A stretch of DNA of 64,000 nt from Gammaproteobacteria bacterium (GTDB lineage Bacteria; Pseudomonadota; Gammaproteobacteria; Xanthomonadales; SZUA-36): NCBI GenBank assembly GCA_021772915.1, contig JAJFLB010000034.1, positions 52,631 through 116,630 on the forward strand, given 5' to 3'. The position numbers and the translations under genes were made by a program. Below the pieces are notes generated by a model. The model had not been told where the DNA came from. It made no database searches and was given only the letters and a program-made list of their open reading frames with translations. Shown here in pieces: positions 45,607-54,773 of this stretch. Positions within the stretch are counted from its first letter, which is position 1, and each line of letters begins with the position of its first letter.

Positions 45607-46646
45607 TAAAACCCTTGAGTCATTGCCGCCAGTTGCTTGAGTTTTTCCAGCGCTGCACCACTCGCCAATGTGTCTGTGGCCACCGCTACACCTTTGGCGA
45701 CAGAATCTGTTACACCCGCCACATACAGCGCAGCGCCGGCGTTGAGTGACACCAGGCGGGCTGCCCGCTGTGCGCGTTCATCATTTTCGTTCTCATGTGC
45801 CCCTGCCAGTGCCCCACGTAGTAGTAGCAGGGAGGCGTCCGCGTCATCCACGACCAGGCTTTGCAGTGGCTCCCGTTTGCAGCCAAGTTGTTCGGGTTGC
45901 AATTCATACTCGCTGATGACGCCATTTTGCAGTTCCACAACGAAGGTACTGTCAGCCAGACTGATTTCGTCCAGTCCGTCCCTGGAATGCACCACCAACA
46001 CGTGCTCAGAGCCCAGACGCTGTAACACTTCGGCAACAGGACGGCACAATCTGCGATCATAAACACCGATCAGCTGCCGGGTCAAACCCGCCGGGTTGGC
46101 CATTGGCCCCAGAATGTTGAACAAGGTACGCAATCCCAGTTCATTACGCGCCACCGTTACATGACGCATGGCACTGTGGTGCATGAGTGCAAACATAAAA
46201 CCCACACCCAGCTTGTCGACGCAGCTCGCTACCTGTACAGGCGAAATATCCAGCCGTACACCGGCCGATTCCAACACATCGGCACTGCCGCAGCTCGAAG
46301 AAACCGACCGGTTACCGTGCTTGGCGACCCGCCCGCCGGCCGCCGCCACAACAAAACAGGCCGCGGTGGAAACATTAAATAAATTGGCGCCGTCACCACC
46401 GGTGCCCACGATATCCACCAGGTGCGGGCCACTGACTTTTACGCCACTGGCAAACTCGCGCAGCACCTGTACGCCACCGGTAATTTCATCAATGCTCTCA
46501 CCCTTCATCCGCATGGCCAGCAAGAAAGCACCAATTTGCACATCGGTGGCGCCCGCAGACATGATCTGACGCATCACGGCCACCATTTCTTCGGTGGAAA
46601 GATCCTGCATTGTGGAAACACGGGCCAGTGCAGATTGTATGTCCAT
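45606..46646 (-). CDS. trpD: Anthranilate phosphoribosyltransferase
   Basis: [25 protein letters not shown] motifs. Start set at [10 protein letters not shown]. Confidence 0.95.
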   Translation of the reverse strand: MDIQSALARVSTMQDLSTEEMVAVMRQIMSAGATDVQIGAFLLAMRMKGESIDEITGGVQVLREFASGVKVSGPHLVDIVGTGGDGANLFNVSTAACFVVAAAGGRVAKHGNRSVSSSCGSADVLESAGVRLDISPVQVASCVDKLGVGFMFALMHHSAMRHVTVARNELGLRTLFNILGPMANPAGLTRQLIGVYDRRLCRPVAEVLQRLGSEHVLVVHSRDGLDEISLADSTFVVELQNGVISEYELQPEQLGCKREPLQSLVVDDADASLLLLRGALAGAHENENDERAQRAARLVSLNAGAALYVAGVTDSVAKGVAVATDTLASGAALEKLKQLAAMTQGF

Positions 46647-46667
46647 GCTCATGAGTAAACGCCCCAC

Positions 46668-47252
46668 TCAGTCCAGTGTGTTGATGAAATTCTGCAGCAA
46701 ATCGTGGCCACAGTGGGTAAGAATGGATTCCGGGTGGAACTGGACCCCTTCAAGCGGCAAACTGTTGTGTTTCAGTCCCATGATCTCCTCCAACTCCCCG
46801 GTTTCTGTTTCGGTCCAGGCAGTGACCTGCAAGCACTCGGGTATGGCATCCCTTTGTAAAACCAAGGAATGGTAACGGGTGGCTTCAAACGGTTGGGGAA
46901 GACCTGCAAATACGCCCTCACCACGATGCTGTATCAACGATGTCTTGCCATGCATGACCTTGCCGGCACGCACCACCTGGCCACCAAAAGCCTGACCAAT
47001 ACACTGGTGGCCCAGACAGACACCCAGAATTGGGAACAAATTGCCAAGTTCAATAACCACCTCAAGCGATATACCGGCATCATCCGGTGTACACGGCCCC
47101 GGGGAGATGACAATACCCTGTGGCTCCAGCTTACGGATTTGTGCCGTGGTGATGGCATCGTTGCGTACCGTTTCTACTTCCGCTCCCAGCTCACCCAGAT
47201 ATTGCACCAGGTTGTAGGTGAAGGAATCATAGTTGTCGATCATTAGAATCAT
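46668..47252 (-). CDS. trpG: Anthranilate synthase component II (glutamine amidotransferase)
   Basis: [26 protein letters not shown] catalytic Cys, GVQFHPES; 194 aa. Confidence 0.9.
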   Translation of the reverse strand: MILMIDNYDSFTYNLVQYLGELGAEVETVRNDAITTAQIRKLEPQGIVISPGPCTPDDAGISLEVVIELGNLFPILGVCLGHQCIGQAFGGQVVRAGKVMHGKTSLIQHRGEGVFAGLPQPFEATRYHSLVLQRDAIPECLQVTAWTETETGELEEIMGLKHNSLPLEGVQFHPESILTHCGHDLLQNFINTLD

Positions 47253-47457
47253 AAAGATCTTATCTATTTGAAATTAAAGTAAATATAATACTCTGCAGTT
47301 TCTTGTTACATCAGAAAGAAGCACCGTTTTCAACCCTCAACGAGGCCTGAACAAACGGTGTACAGTTATATTAACTTGATAGTATCTGTGAAGCTAATGC
47401 GGGCATCCGGACGTCAATTCCAACATTAACCTGGTTCGGAACCAGCGGCTGGCTAAA

Positions 47458-48066
47458 CTACTTTATGTGACAACTCAGGCACAAGCTGTTGTCTGCATTG
47501 GACTTTCGCAAGAACGGTGAGATCGAGTCATCGTGCACAGAATGGCATGAAGAACATTCGACATTGTTGTTTGCAGACAACGGCAGCCCACCAACAGTAG
47601 CCGGTGAACCTGAAGCAGCTACAAAATCCCCATCCGCAGTCGCGTCGTAACGAATGGATACCGGGTGGTCGTCGCTGAGGTCAGTGCCTATCAGCATACT
47701 GCCTCCCACTGTATTGGTGCCATCGCTACCCCAGGGGTCACCGTATAACTGATCCACGGCAATGGTGCCATCGTGGCAGCTCAGGCAAGCCAGCGTACTG
47801 CCTTGCGGAGAGTTTGCCGTGGCCATGTCGATTGTGGGGCTGGTATACATGGTGAACGGGCCGGTCGGCATCGCCCGGTTCCAAGGTGGTACCTTCACGT
47901 GATTGGCATTGTGAGGTACATGGCAATATATACAAACGTTACCACCGTCGTTGGAATTGGTTCCTGAGAGGTCGTGTTTTGTATTGTTAATCTGCCCTGC
48001 GCTAACAACAGCGGACATCAACAGCGACCCTATTGCTGCAAGAATAAACCGGAAGGTGGTCTTCAT
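47458..48066 (-). CDS. Periplasmic tetrahaem c-type cytochrome (module copy A)
   Basis: Signal peptide. CIYCH, CLSCH, CSSCH, CLSCH. About 55-60% identical by eye to 50115..50720, and both end in C-L-x-C-H-I-K. Confidence 0.85.
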   Translation of the reverse strand: MKTTFRFILAAIGSLLMSAVVSAGQINNTKHDLSGTNSNDGGNVCIYCHVPHNANHVKVPPWNRAMPTGPFTMYTSPTIDMATANSPQGSTLACLSCHDGTIAVDQLYGDPWGSDGTNTVGGSMLIGTDLSDDHPVSIRYDATADGDFVAASGSPATVGGLPLSANNNVECSSCHSVHDDSISPFLRKSNADNSLCLSCHIK

Positions 48067-48426
48067 TTTTCAGGCCCTCCATAGTCTTGAAAAAGAAAGA
48101 TTTTGAAGTTGTATCCTCCCCATTTGGCGAACGAGCCACAAGTGGCAGAAAGACTATTTCGACAAAGAAAACCTGCCAGCAAAGCAGGGAAAAACTGACA
48201 GGGTAATTTGCTTTCTACATACGAGACTTCATGGCTGGAGCACGTTGTCTTTCCCCCCTCATGCCCGCCATTGTGCTCTTCCCAATTCGTTCACCTGGTG
48301 TGTATCGTCTGATAGCAGTTGATCCAGATCATGATACGGGTCATTTGTTGCTCTGCTCGGCACGACTCACGATGGATTTAGCACAGGTTCATGCCATAAT
48401 TCAGGCGCCCGATTATCAACTCAACG

Positions 48427-49506
48427 ATGAGCACAATTATGACTTTTTTAATCAATCGCTTCCTTAACACCCCCATAGTTGTATTTGCCCTCGCTGCGAT
48501 CTTCGCCCTAATTGCTGGTTGTGCTACTCAAGCACCTGTCCGACCAGTTGAGGACGCTCAGGATCTCGTCTGGCCCGCCCCACCGGAGCAGGCGCGTGTC
48601 CGTTACCTCGGCTTCCTGCAATCACTTGAGCACGTTGATGGCAAGAAGCAACAGAGCTTACGTGACATCCTCATGGGCGAGGAAGAGAGCGATTCAGCAA
48701 CACTGGCCAAACCCTACGCTGTACACAGTGATTCAAAAGGAAGAGTATTTGTTGCCGACACCGGTATTAGCGGCCTGGTTGTTTTTGACCTGGAGCAAGA
48801 CCTGGTTTCATTTTGGGGTACTGGAGGACAGGGAGCACTGACCAAGCCGGTTGGCGTTACCAGTGATGCGGCCGGCAATGTCTACGTCAGCGATGTCAAA
48901 GCCCAACGGGTGATCGTCTATGATACCGAAGGCAATTACAGCACTGGCTTTGGTGGTCCCGAGGTCCTGCCGTCACCCGTTGGCTTGGTTTTTAACGAGG
49001 CCAGCCAACGGCTCTACGTGGTGGATTCCAAACGTAGCCAAATTGTTGTATTTGACCCCTTGGGAAACGTTGTTTCCACGCTTGGCCAGCCTGGCTCTGA
49101 ACCCGGTAATTTCAACACACCAACCAACATCGCCATTGATGCCAGTGGCCGTCTCTACGTGGCTGATACAATGAATTTTCGCGTCCAAGTGCTGGAGCCC
49201 AACGGCACGGTCGTACGCAGCTTTGGCAAAATTGGTGACCGGCCGGGTGATTTTAATCGTTTGAAGGGCATCGGTGTGGACACTGAAGGGAACATATACA
49301 CGGTCGATGCTTCGTTCAACAACGTTCAGCTTTACGATCAACAGGGTGGGTTGTTATTGGTTGTTGGTCGCAGTGGTACGGGGCCCGGGGGATTCTACCT
49401 GCCGGCAGGGGCCCACGTGGACCGGAATAACCGGATCTTTGTTGCCGACCAGTACAATAAACGTATACAGATGTTTGAGTTCCTTCCTGAAACAAAAATC
49501 AATTAA
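48427..49506 (+). CDS. NHL-repeat (six-bladed beta-propeller) lipoprotein 1
   Basis: Lipobox LIAGC. Six repeats of the P.G(V/I).(V/D)..G.(V/I)YV(A/S/V)D....R(V/I)Q(V/I)(F/Y)(D/E) type. Confidence 0.85.
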   Translation: MSTIMTFLINRFLNTPIVVFALAAIFALIAGCATQAPVRPVEDAQDLVWPAPPEQARVRYLGFLQSLEHVDGKKQQSLRDILMGEEESDSATLAKPYAVHSDSKGRVFVADTGISGLVVFDLEQDLVSFWGTGGQGALTKPVGVTSDAAGNVYVSDVKAQRVIVYDTEGNYSTGFGGPEVLPSPVGLVFNEASQRLYVVDSKRSQIVVFDPLGNVVSTLGQPGSEPGNFNTPTNIAIDASGRLYVADTMNFRVQVLEPNGTVVRSFGKIGDRPGDFNRLKGIGVDTEGNIYTVDASFNNVQLYDQQGGLLLVVGRSGTGPGGFYLPAGAHVDRNNRIFVADQYNKRIQMFEFLPETKIN

Positions 49507-49873
49507 CCCGCTTTTTTCACCAGCATCCCAGATAAGGTGAGAGAAGGTGAGACCGGGAATCGGTCGAGAAACCGGCCTGGGCCGCCGGGAACCGGTCGAG
49601 AGGCTGGCCTGGGTCACTCGCCAGGGCCAGGATGAGTGCTGGGTCGCGTGCAATTTGCACCTTGGAATCTGTTGGCAAATATGTCATTTAGATAAACTGG
49701 TTCATTTGCTTGCGGTGAGACCCTTTCCTGGTAGATGAAATAAGGGGGAAGTCTAAAAGACCAATTTGGGGTTACCGGGTTGGCATCCTTTTTTGGGATT
49801 TGTTCAGCCGCCAAGTTCACAGGCACCCCACCCCAAATGGACAAGTTTCGCGCTTGACCAAAGTAAAGGCTCG

Positions 49874-49908
49874 TTTGACCATGGTCAAACCCAATTGATC
49901 TAAGTCAA
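49874..49908 (+). promoter_or_regulatory. Two adjacent FNR/FixK (CRP-family) type boxes upstream of the cytochrome operon
   Basis: Perfect palindrome TTTGACCATGGTCAAA (49874-49889; TTGA-N6-TCAA) and TTGATCTAAGTCAA (49895-49908; TTGAT-N4-GTCAA), centres 20 bp apart. TATTTT at 49931-49936 would put box 2 near -41.5. Confidence 0.5.
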
Positions 49909-50114
49909 TTCTTGGCAAATCTCACGTAGGTATTTTCCCCTTCCATATTGAACACAAAGCCAAGCACTAGGACAATCCTAGTAAAAGAAACAGGAATTGA
50001 CTGACAGTTTTTACAGGGGTCATTCGTTACCGAACACAGGGTGAATTCAGTCAGCAATGCTGCTGAATTGACCACAAGTTTAATGCACGAAAACCAACCT
50101 ATGAGGATAGAAAA

Positions 50115-50720
50115 ATGAGGACCAAGACACTACTCAAACTTGCAGTGCCAGCGCTTTTACTGGTAGCCGGTGGCGCTTCCGCACAAATCGCAAACACAGA
50201 TCATGACCTGTCATCAAGTGGCGGCAATATCTGTGTTTTCTGTCACACTCCACATAACGCAAACCCGGACGATACTGTACCGCTGTGGAACCGTGATACA
50301 ACCACGACCACCTTCACCATGTATGACAGCCCGACCATGGACATGACCGTCGCCGGCTCTCCGCAGGGCAGTTCACTGGCTTGTCTGAGTTGTCATGATG
50401 GCACCATTGCTACCGATCAGTTGTATGGTGGAACAGGTGACCCGGCCAAGAAACTTACCGGCGACAAAAATCTTGGCGCTAACCTCGATGACGACCATCC
50501 GATTTCCATTACCTACGCAACCACGGGTGCCAATGGCGATACGGCTTTTAACGACGCCGTGAGCGGAACATTGGGTGGGGGCTCCCTGCCGTTATTTGGG
50601 ACTTCCAGTGATCAGGTCGAATGCGCCACGTGCCACTCCGTACATGACGAGACAATCGGGAAATTCCTACGCATGGATAACGGCGGTAGCGCTATGTGTC
50701 TGGCTTGTCATATCAAGTAG
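50115..50720 (+). CDS. Periplasmic tetrahaem c-type cytochrome (module copy B)
   Basis: Signal peptide. CVFCH, CLSCH, CATCH, CLACH. GAGGA lies 7 nt upstream of the ATG. Confidence 0.85.
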   Translation: MRTKTLLKLAVPALLLVAGGASAQIANTDHDLSSSGGNICVFCHTPHNANPDDTVPLWNRDTTTTTFTMYDSPTMDMTVAGSPQGSSLACLSCHDGTIATDQLYGGTGDPAKKLTGDKNLGANLDDDHPISITYATTGANGDTAFNDAVSGTLGGGSLPLFGTSSDQVECATCHSVHDETIGKFLRMDNGGSAMCLACHIK

Positions 50721-50740
50721 GTTGGACAATAATTCGTCCC

Positions 50741-51355
50741 GTGGGAACTCGGGCAAATGTTCAAAGATCAGGAATCAGGGCGACGCAAGTCGCCCTGATT
50801 CTTTTTTGTTGGCCGTTCTTGTCAACCTGCACAAGTAAGGCCAGGTCCCTTTTCTTCGATGTCCCGCCACCCAGGCCCGAGTCTGCCGTGGAAGAGCAAC
50901 CGGCGCTCCCCCAGAACGAAGCGACCACAGCGGAACCCACTCTGGCTTTTGCACCGGACTCCGCTACCGAGCGACCGGCCCTGGAGACGGTACTGGATTG
51001 GGAGGAGGCACTGACCCTTCTGCCCAGGGATTACAAAGACAAGGCAGACTGGACGGCGGCGTGGAAGCAGGGTCTGGTCCGGCCGCGTACCGGGACCGAT
51101 CCCAGTGCCCGGGATGCCGTGGCCTTCAAATATGACTTTGTCATCGCGGCTCAAAACCCCAAAAATGATGCCTATTTTCCGCACTCAGCGCATACCGTCT
51201 GGCTGGGTTGCGAAAACTGTCACACCCGGCTGTATCCTTACAAGAGAAATCCAGCCAGTATGAGGGAGATGAGAAAAGGGGCCTCCTGCGGGGTCTGTCA
51301 CGGCAATGTTGCGTTTTCACTGAAGCAGTGTAAGCGCTGCCATCTTAACAAGTAG
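50741..51355 (+). CDS. Trihaem c7/c3-type cytochrome, probable lipoprotein with a Pro-rich linker
   Basis: CENCH, CGVCH, CKRCH in the pattern F.H..H....C..CH...(21)...CG.CH.....F....C..CH. A GTG at 50741 gives the signal VGTRANVQRSGIRATQVALILFCWPFLSTC. The track ATG at 50696 overlaps the upstream gene. The start is uncertain. Confidence 0.65.
   Translation: MGTRANVQRSGIRATQVALILFCWPFLSTCTSKARSLFFDVPPPRPESAVEEQPALPQNEATTAEPTLAFAPDSATERPALETVLDWEEALTLLPRDYKDKADWTAAWKQGLVRPRTGTDPSARDAVAFKYDFVIAAQNPKNDAYFPHSAHTVWLGCENCHTRLYPYKRNPASMREMRKGASCGVCHGNVAFSLKQCKRCHLNK
50774..50808 (+). terminator. Canonical intrinsic terminator / attenuator hairpin after the tetrahaem gene
   Basis: atcagggcgac-GCAA-gtcgccctgat (11-bp stem, GNRA-like loop) followed by tcttttttg. 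Confidence 0.7.
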
Positions 51356-51386
51356 TGAGGTCAGGGAGAGCCCGTCTGCGGGGTCC

Positions 51387-51758
51387 ATGTCAAGTATGCT
51401 AAAAAATTTGCGCTTACCCGGATTCGTTCTTGCCAGCGTATTCCTGTTGCCGGTGGTATCCGCAGGTGTTGCTACAGCGGATAGTGCACCTGGAGATATA
51501 CGCTTTACCAGGGAGGTTGATGACACAGACATGGCGGGATCGTTCGCGCCTTCCATATTTCCGCACTGGGTGCACCGGATTCATTACCGTTGCGACGCCT
51601 GTCACAACAGTTTATTTGAGATGCAACTAAACGCTGTCCCCGTCAACATGGACCTGATAAAGCAGGGCAAGGTTTGCGGCACCTGTCACAACGGAAGGCT
51701 CGCCTTTGGCGTTACCTTGCAGAGCTGCAACCGCTGTCATGTTTCCGTTCCGGAATGA
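51387..51758 (+). CDS. Trihaem c7/c3-type cytochrome (second copy), periplasmic
   Basis: Signal peptide. CDACH, CGTCH, CNRCH with the same spacing as the preceding gene; 123 aa. Confidence 0.75.
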   Translation: MSSMLKNLRLPGFVLASVFLLPVVSAGVATADSAPGDIRFTREVDDTDMAGSFAPSIFPHWVHRIHYRCDACHNSLFEMQLNAVPVNMDLIKQGKVCGTCHNGRLAFGVTLQSCNRCHVSVPE

Positions 51759-51803
51759 GCAATACGCCGTGCAGCATGCCGTACACGCAGAAGAAAGCAC
51801 GCC

Positions 51804-53768
51804 ATGAATCACTGGTGCTCTTATTACGTATGCGCTGCGATGATCGGACTGCTGGTGAGCCCGGATCGCGTTCAGGCCTGGGAAAACTTATTCCTCCTAC
51901 CACTTGAAATCGAGGCTGTGACCCGTTTTGATGGCACAGACCGCAGCGAGCCAGATAGCCATTTGCGTGACACCGAACTCAGGGTCGGTCTCCGTCTCAA
52001 GCAGGAAGGCTACAGCCTGGACCCGGCGATTGCCCGGTTCGTATTGGAAGTTGAACCGGCCTATAGCTGGGGGAAACTTGAGACCGGTACAATCAAGGAC
52101 AATCGTAGCGACAAGTTTCTCAGTTACCTGTTCCAATTCAACCTGTTTCAAGGCACACCGGGACCGGTAGGCCTCGACCTGTTAACCATGCGCAATAAGA
52201 GTCTCAATACGGGCTCATTAGGAAGTCGCTACGACAGTGAAATTGAAACCCATACGGGTACGGTCAACTGGAAAAACCGCGTCTTTCCCATGCAGTTCAG
52301 CTATAGTGAACGCTCACTCAAGCAGGATTTTCTGACCGGTGCGACCAACACACCATCGAAGCGTGATGATCACCTCCGCACACTAAAGCTCAAAGGAAAA
52401 AGCAGCAAACTGAATCTGCTCATTGAGCGGCAATCACTGAATGATCAGGTGCCGGACCGGGATCAGGATTTCGACCTCAACCACGCCAATTTATCCCACC
52501 GATTTGCCTGGGGCAGGGCCAGTCAATTGCGTTCAAGATGGGATTATTATGATCGCACCGGGTTTAATGCCAACAGACGTCTGTTCATTGAAGAGAACGT
52601 ACGAATCCAGCATGCCGATAAGCTGTTTAGCCAAAGCTCGCTGCGTTACTTCTCGGTAACCCAGGAAATCAAGACCAATGAATACATCGGTGACTTCAGG
52701 TTGCAGCACCAACTGTACGACAACCTGACCTCCACGGCCCAGCTGTTTGGTAATGCACGACGCTCCGACAGATTGGATGAAACCCGGTGGCGTACGGGTC
52801 TGGATAGCAGCTACCGTAAGCAGCGTTTATTCGGCGCCACGGTCAACGCGGGTATTGGTTTTTCCTACCAGGAGACGGAACGGGTTTCGAAACTTGGCCT
52901 GGTGGAAGTCATTGACGAGCGGCACGATGCGACCCTGGCAGGCAGTGTGGTTCTCGAAAACCGCTTTATCATCAATTCCAGCATTATCGTTACCAACTTT
53001 GACGGTACACTGGTCTACACGCAAGATATCGACTACCGGGTGGTCCAACTCACTGGCGAACTGACACAATTGCAGGTGATCCCCGGGGGACGAATTGAAG
53101 AGGGGGATACCTTGCTGATCAGCTACAAGACCGAGACGCTGCCGTCACAGGAGTTTTCTACCACCAACCTGCAATATAACCTAGGTATCAGTTTCCGCTG
53201 GTTACGCTTTACCCACCGAGGCCGCAAATCTGATGACCAGTTGTTATCCGGTGCTAACGAGAGTTTTCTCAAGGATAACCGTGACACCCTGACCAATCTC
53301 GAATTTCGCTGGAAGATCGTGGGTATCAATACAATGTTGAGTGCTGAGAGGCACTTCAACAAAATCGGCGATTTTGAGTCCCTGACCTACACCTACCGGC
53401 AAGTCCTGAGTTGGCCAATGTCCTCACGCACCCTCATTAACCTGAGCATGCTGGAGTCCTTCATCGAAACCAGCAGTCTGAATACGGATTTGTACAATTT
53501 CGAGTTATCACTTAACTGGCGCTCGCGGCGCGGTCTTTCGATTCGACCCGTCCTGGGCGCGTGGCGGCGTCTTGATGAAGACTTTTCAGGCGGCGGCTTA
53601 AACAGGGAAGACGAATTCCTCATGGCTGGTGTGACCCTGCGCTGGCAATACCGGAAAGTTGCGATGGATCTTAGCTATCACCATAATCGCCGTACCATCG
53701 ACACACTTCAAACCACTGATCAAACCACTGAAAACAGGGTAATGTTCAACCTGAGCAGGAGGCTCTGA
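51804..53768 (+). CDS. Predicted large outer-membrane beta-barrel protein (porin-like), family not recognised
   Basis: Signal-like N-terminus ...LLVSPDRVQA. 654 aa dominated by alternating hydrophobic/polar 8-12-residue stretches rich in Y/F/W/G/N/S/R (LSYLFQFNLF, VFPMQFSYSER, LRSRWDYYDRTG, VNAGIGFSYQETE). No cysteines after the signal peptide and no haem sites. Confidence 0.55.
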   Translation: MNHWCSYYVCAAMIGLLVSPDRVQAWENLFLLPLEIEAVTRFDGTDRSEPDSHLRDTELRVGLRLKQEGYSLDPAIARFVLEVEPAYSWGKLETGTIKDNRSDKFLSYLFQFNLFQGTPGPVGLDLLTMRNKSLNTGSLGSRYDSEIETHTGTVNWKNRVFPMQFSYSERSLKQDFLTGATNTPSKRDDHLRTLKLKGKSSKLNLLIERQSLNDQVPDRDQDFDLNHANLSHRFAWGRASQLRSRWDYYDRTGFNANRRLFIEENVRIQHADKLFSQSSLRYFSVTQEIKTNEYIGDFRLQHQLYDNLTSTAQLFGNARRSDRLDETRWRTGLDSSYRKQRLFGATVNAGIGFSYQETERVSKLGLVEVIDERHDATLAGSVVLENRFIINSSIIVTNFDGTLVYTQDIDYRVVQLTGELTQLQVIPGGRIEEGDTLLISYKTETLPSQEFSTTNLQYNLGISFRWLRFTHRGRKSDDQLLSGANESFLKDNRDTLTNLEFRWKIVGINTMLSAERHFNKIGDFESLTYTYRQVLSWPMSSRTLINLSMLESFIETSSLNTDLYNFELSLNWRSRRGLSIRPVLGAWRRLDEDFSGGGLNREDEFLMAGVTLRWQYRKVAMDLSYHHNRRTIDTLQTTDQTTENRVMFNLSRRL

Positions 53769-54772
53769 TGAAAAGGCGATGGCCGCTGTTCCTGGCCTTA
53801 TGGCTGAGCAGTTGTGCGACAACCGACCCCGGGGCGCCAACGTACCCAGGTGCGCTGAATCTGGTGTGGCCAGCGGCACCCGAACCAGCGCGGATCGAGT
53901 TCGTTACATCGTTCAGCACCGCGGATGATCTCGGTCTGCGTGATACCTTCTCTCGCAGGCTGAAAAAACTTCTTGCCGGTGGCGATGATCGCCATATGTC
54001 CCGGCCATATGCAGTCGCACTAAGCCCCTCTACCGTGGCCATTGCCGATCCGGGCGGAGCCACCGTGCATATTTACAACACTGCAAAATCGACGTACCGA
54101 AAACTGGATCGGGCGGGGAAAACCCCATTCCGCTCACCAATTGGTGTCGCCTTTGCGGGTGACCAACTGGTCATCGCCGATTCGGAGTTGAAAAAGGTCT
54201 TTTTATTGGACCGACGGTTTAAGCTGTTACGCAGTTTAGGCGGTTTTTTGCGTCCAACCAGTCTTGCTTTTGATCCGGCCGGGAAACGTCTCTATATTGC
54301 GGACACACTGGCGCATGAGGTGCAGGTTTTTGGTCTTGATGGTAGTTTGTTATACAAAATCGGCATACGAGGCGAGCAGATCGGCCAGTTTAACTTCCCA
54401 AGCCACCTGGCATTCGCCGGCGACCGCTTGCTGGTTAATGACACCATGAATTTTCGCATCCAGATTTTTAGCGCCGAAGGGGACCACATGGGCAGCTTTG
54501 GAAAACACGGTGACGGTTCCGGGTATTTCGCCCAGGCAAAAGGCGTCGCAATGGATTCCGACGGTCATGTCTACGTGGCCGATGCATTGGCAAACCGCGT
54601 ACAAATTTTTGACCAGTCGGGCCGGTTTCTGCTCGGGTTTGGTAGCAGTGGCAACGGCCCGGGTGACTTCCAGATACCTAGCGGACTGGCAATTCTCGAT
54701 GACATGATCTACGTGGCCGATTCCTATAATCAACGGATTCAGGTGTTCAGATACCTACCAGGGGCGAAGTGA
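53768..54772 (+). CDS. NHL-repeat lipoprotein 2
   Basis: Lipobox LSSCAT. NHL repeats (PYAVALS.., PIGVAFAGDQLVIADS, PTSLAFDPAGKRLYIADT, PSHLAFAGDRLLVNDT, AKGVAMDSDGHVYVADA, PSGLAILDDMIYVADS). Its ATG overlaps the barrel gene stop. Confidence 0.85.
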   Translation: MKRRWPLFLALWLSSCATTDPGAPTYPGALNLVWPAAPEPARIEFVTSFSTADDLGLRDTFSRRLKKLLAGGDDRHMSRPYAVALSPSTVAIADPGGATVHIYNTAKSTYRKLDRAGKTPFRSPIGVAFAGDQLVIADSELKKVFLLDRRFKLLRSLGGFLRPTSLAFDPAGKRLYIADTLAHEVQVFGLDGSLLYKIGIRGEQIGQFNFPSHLAFAGDRLLVNDTMNFRIQIFSAEGDHMGSFGKHGDGSGYFAQAKGVAMDSDGHVYVADALANRVQIFDQSGRFLLGFGSSGNGPGDFQIPSGLAILDDMIYVADSYNQRIQVFRYLPGAK

Positions 54773-54773
54773 A

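Noticed and set aside
49673-49920. Repeated TTGGCAAAT (49673 and 49911) as possible sigma54 (-24/-12) promoter elements
   Set aside because: Neither copy is followed by the TTGC element at the required spacing, so only the GG half resembles the consensus.
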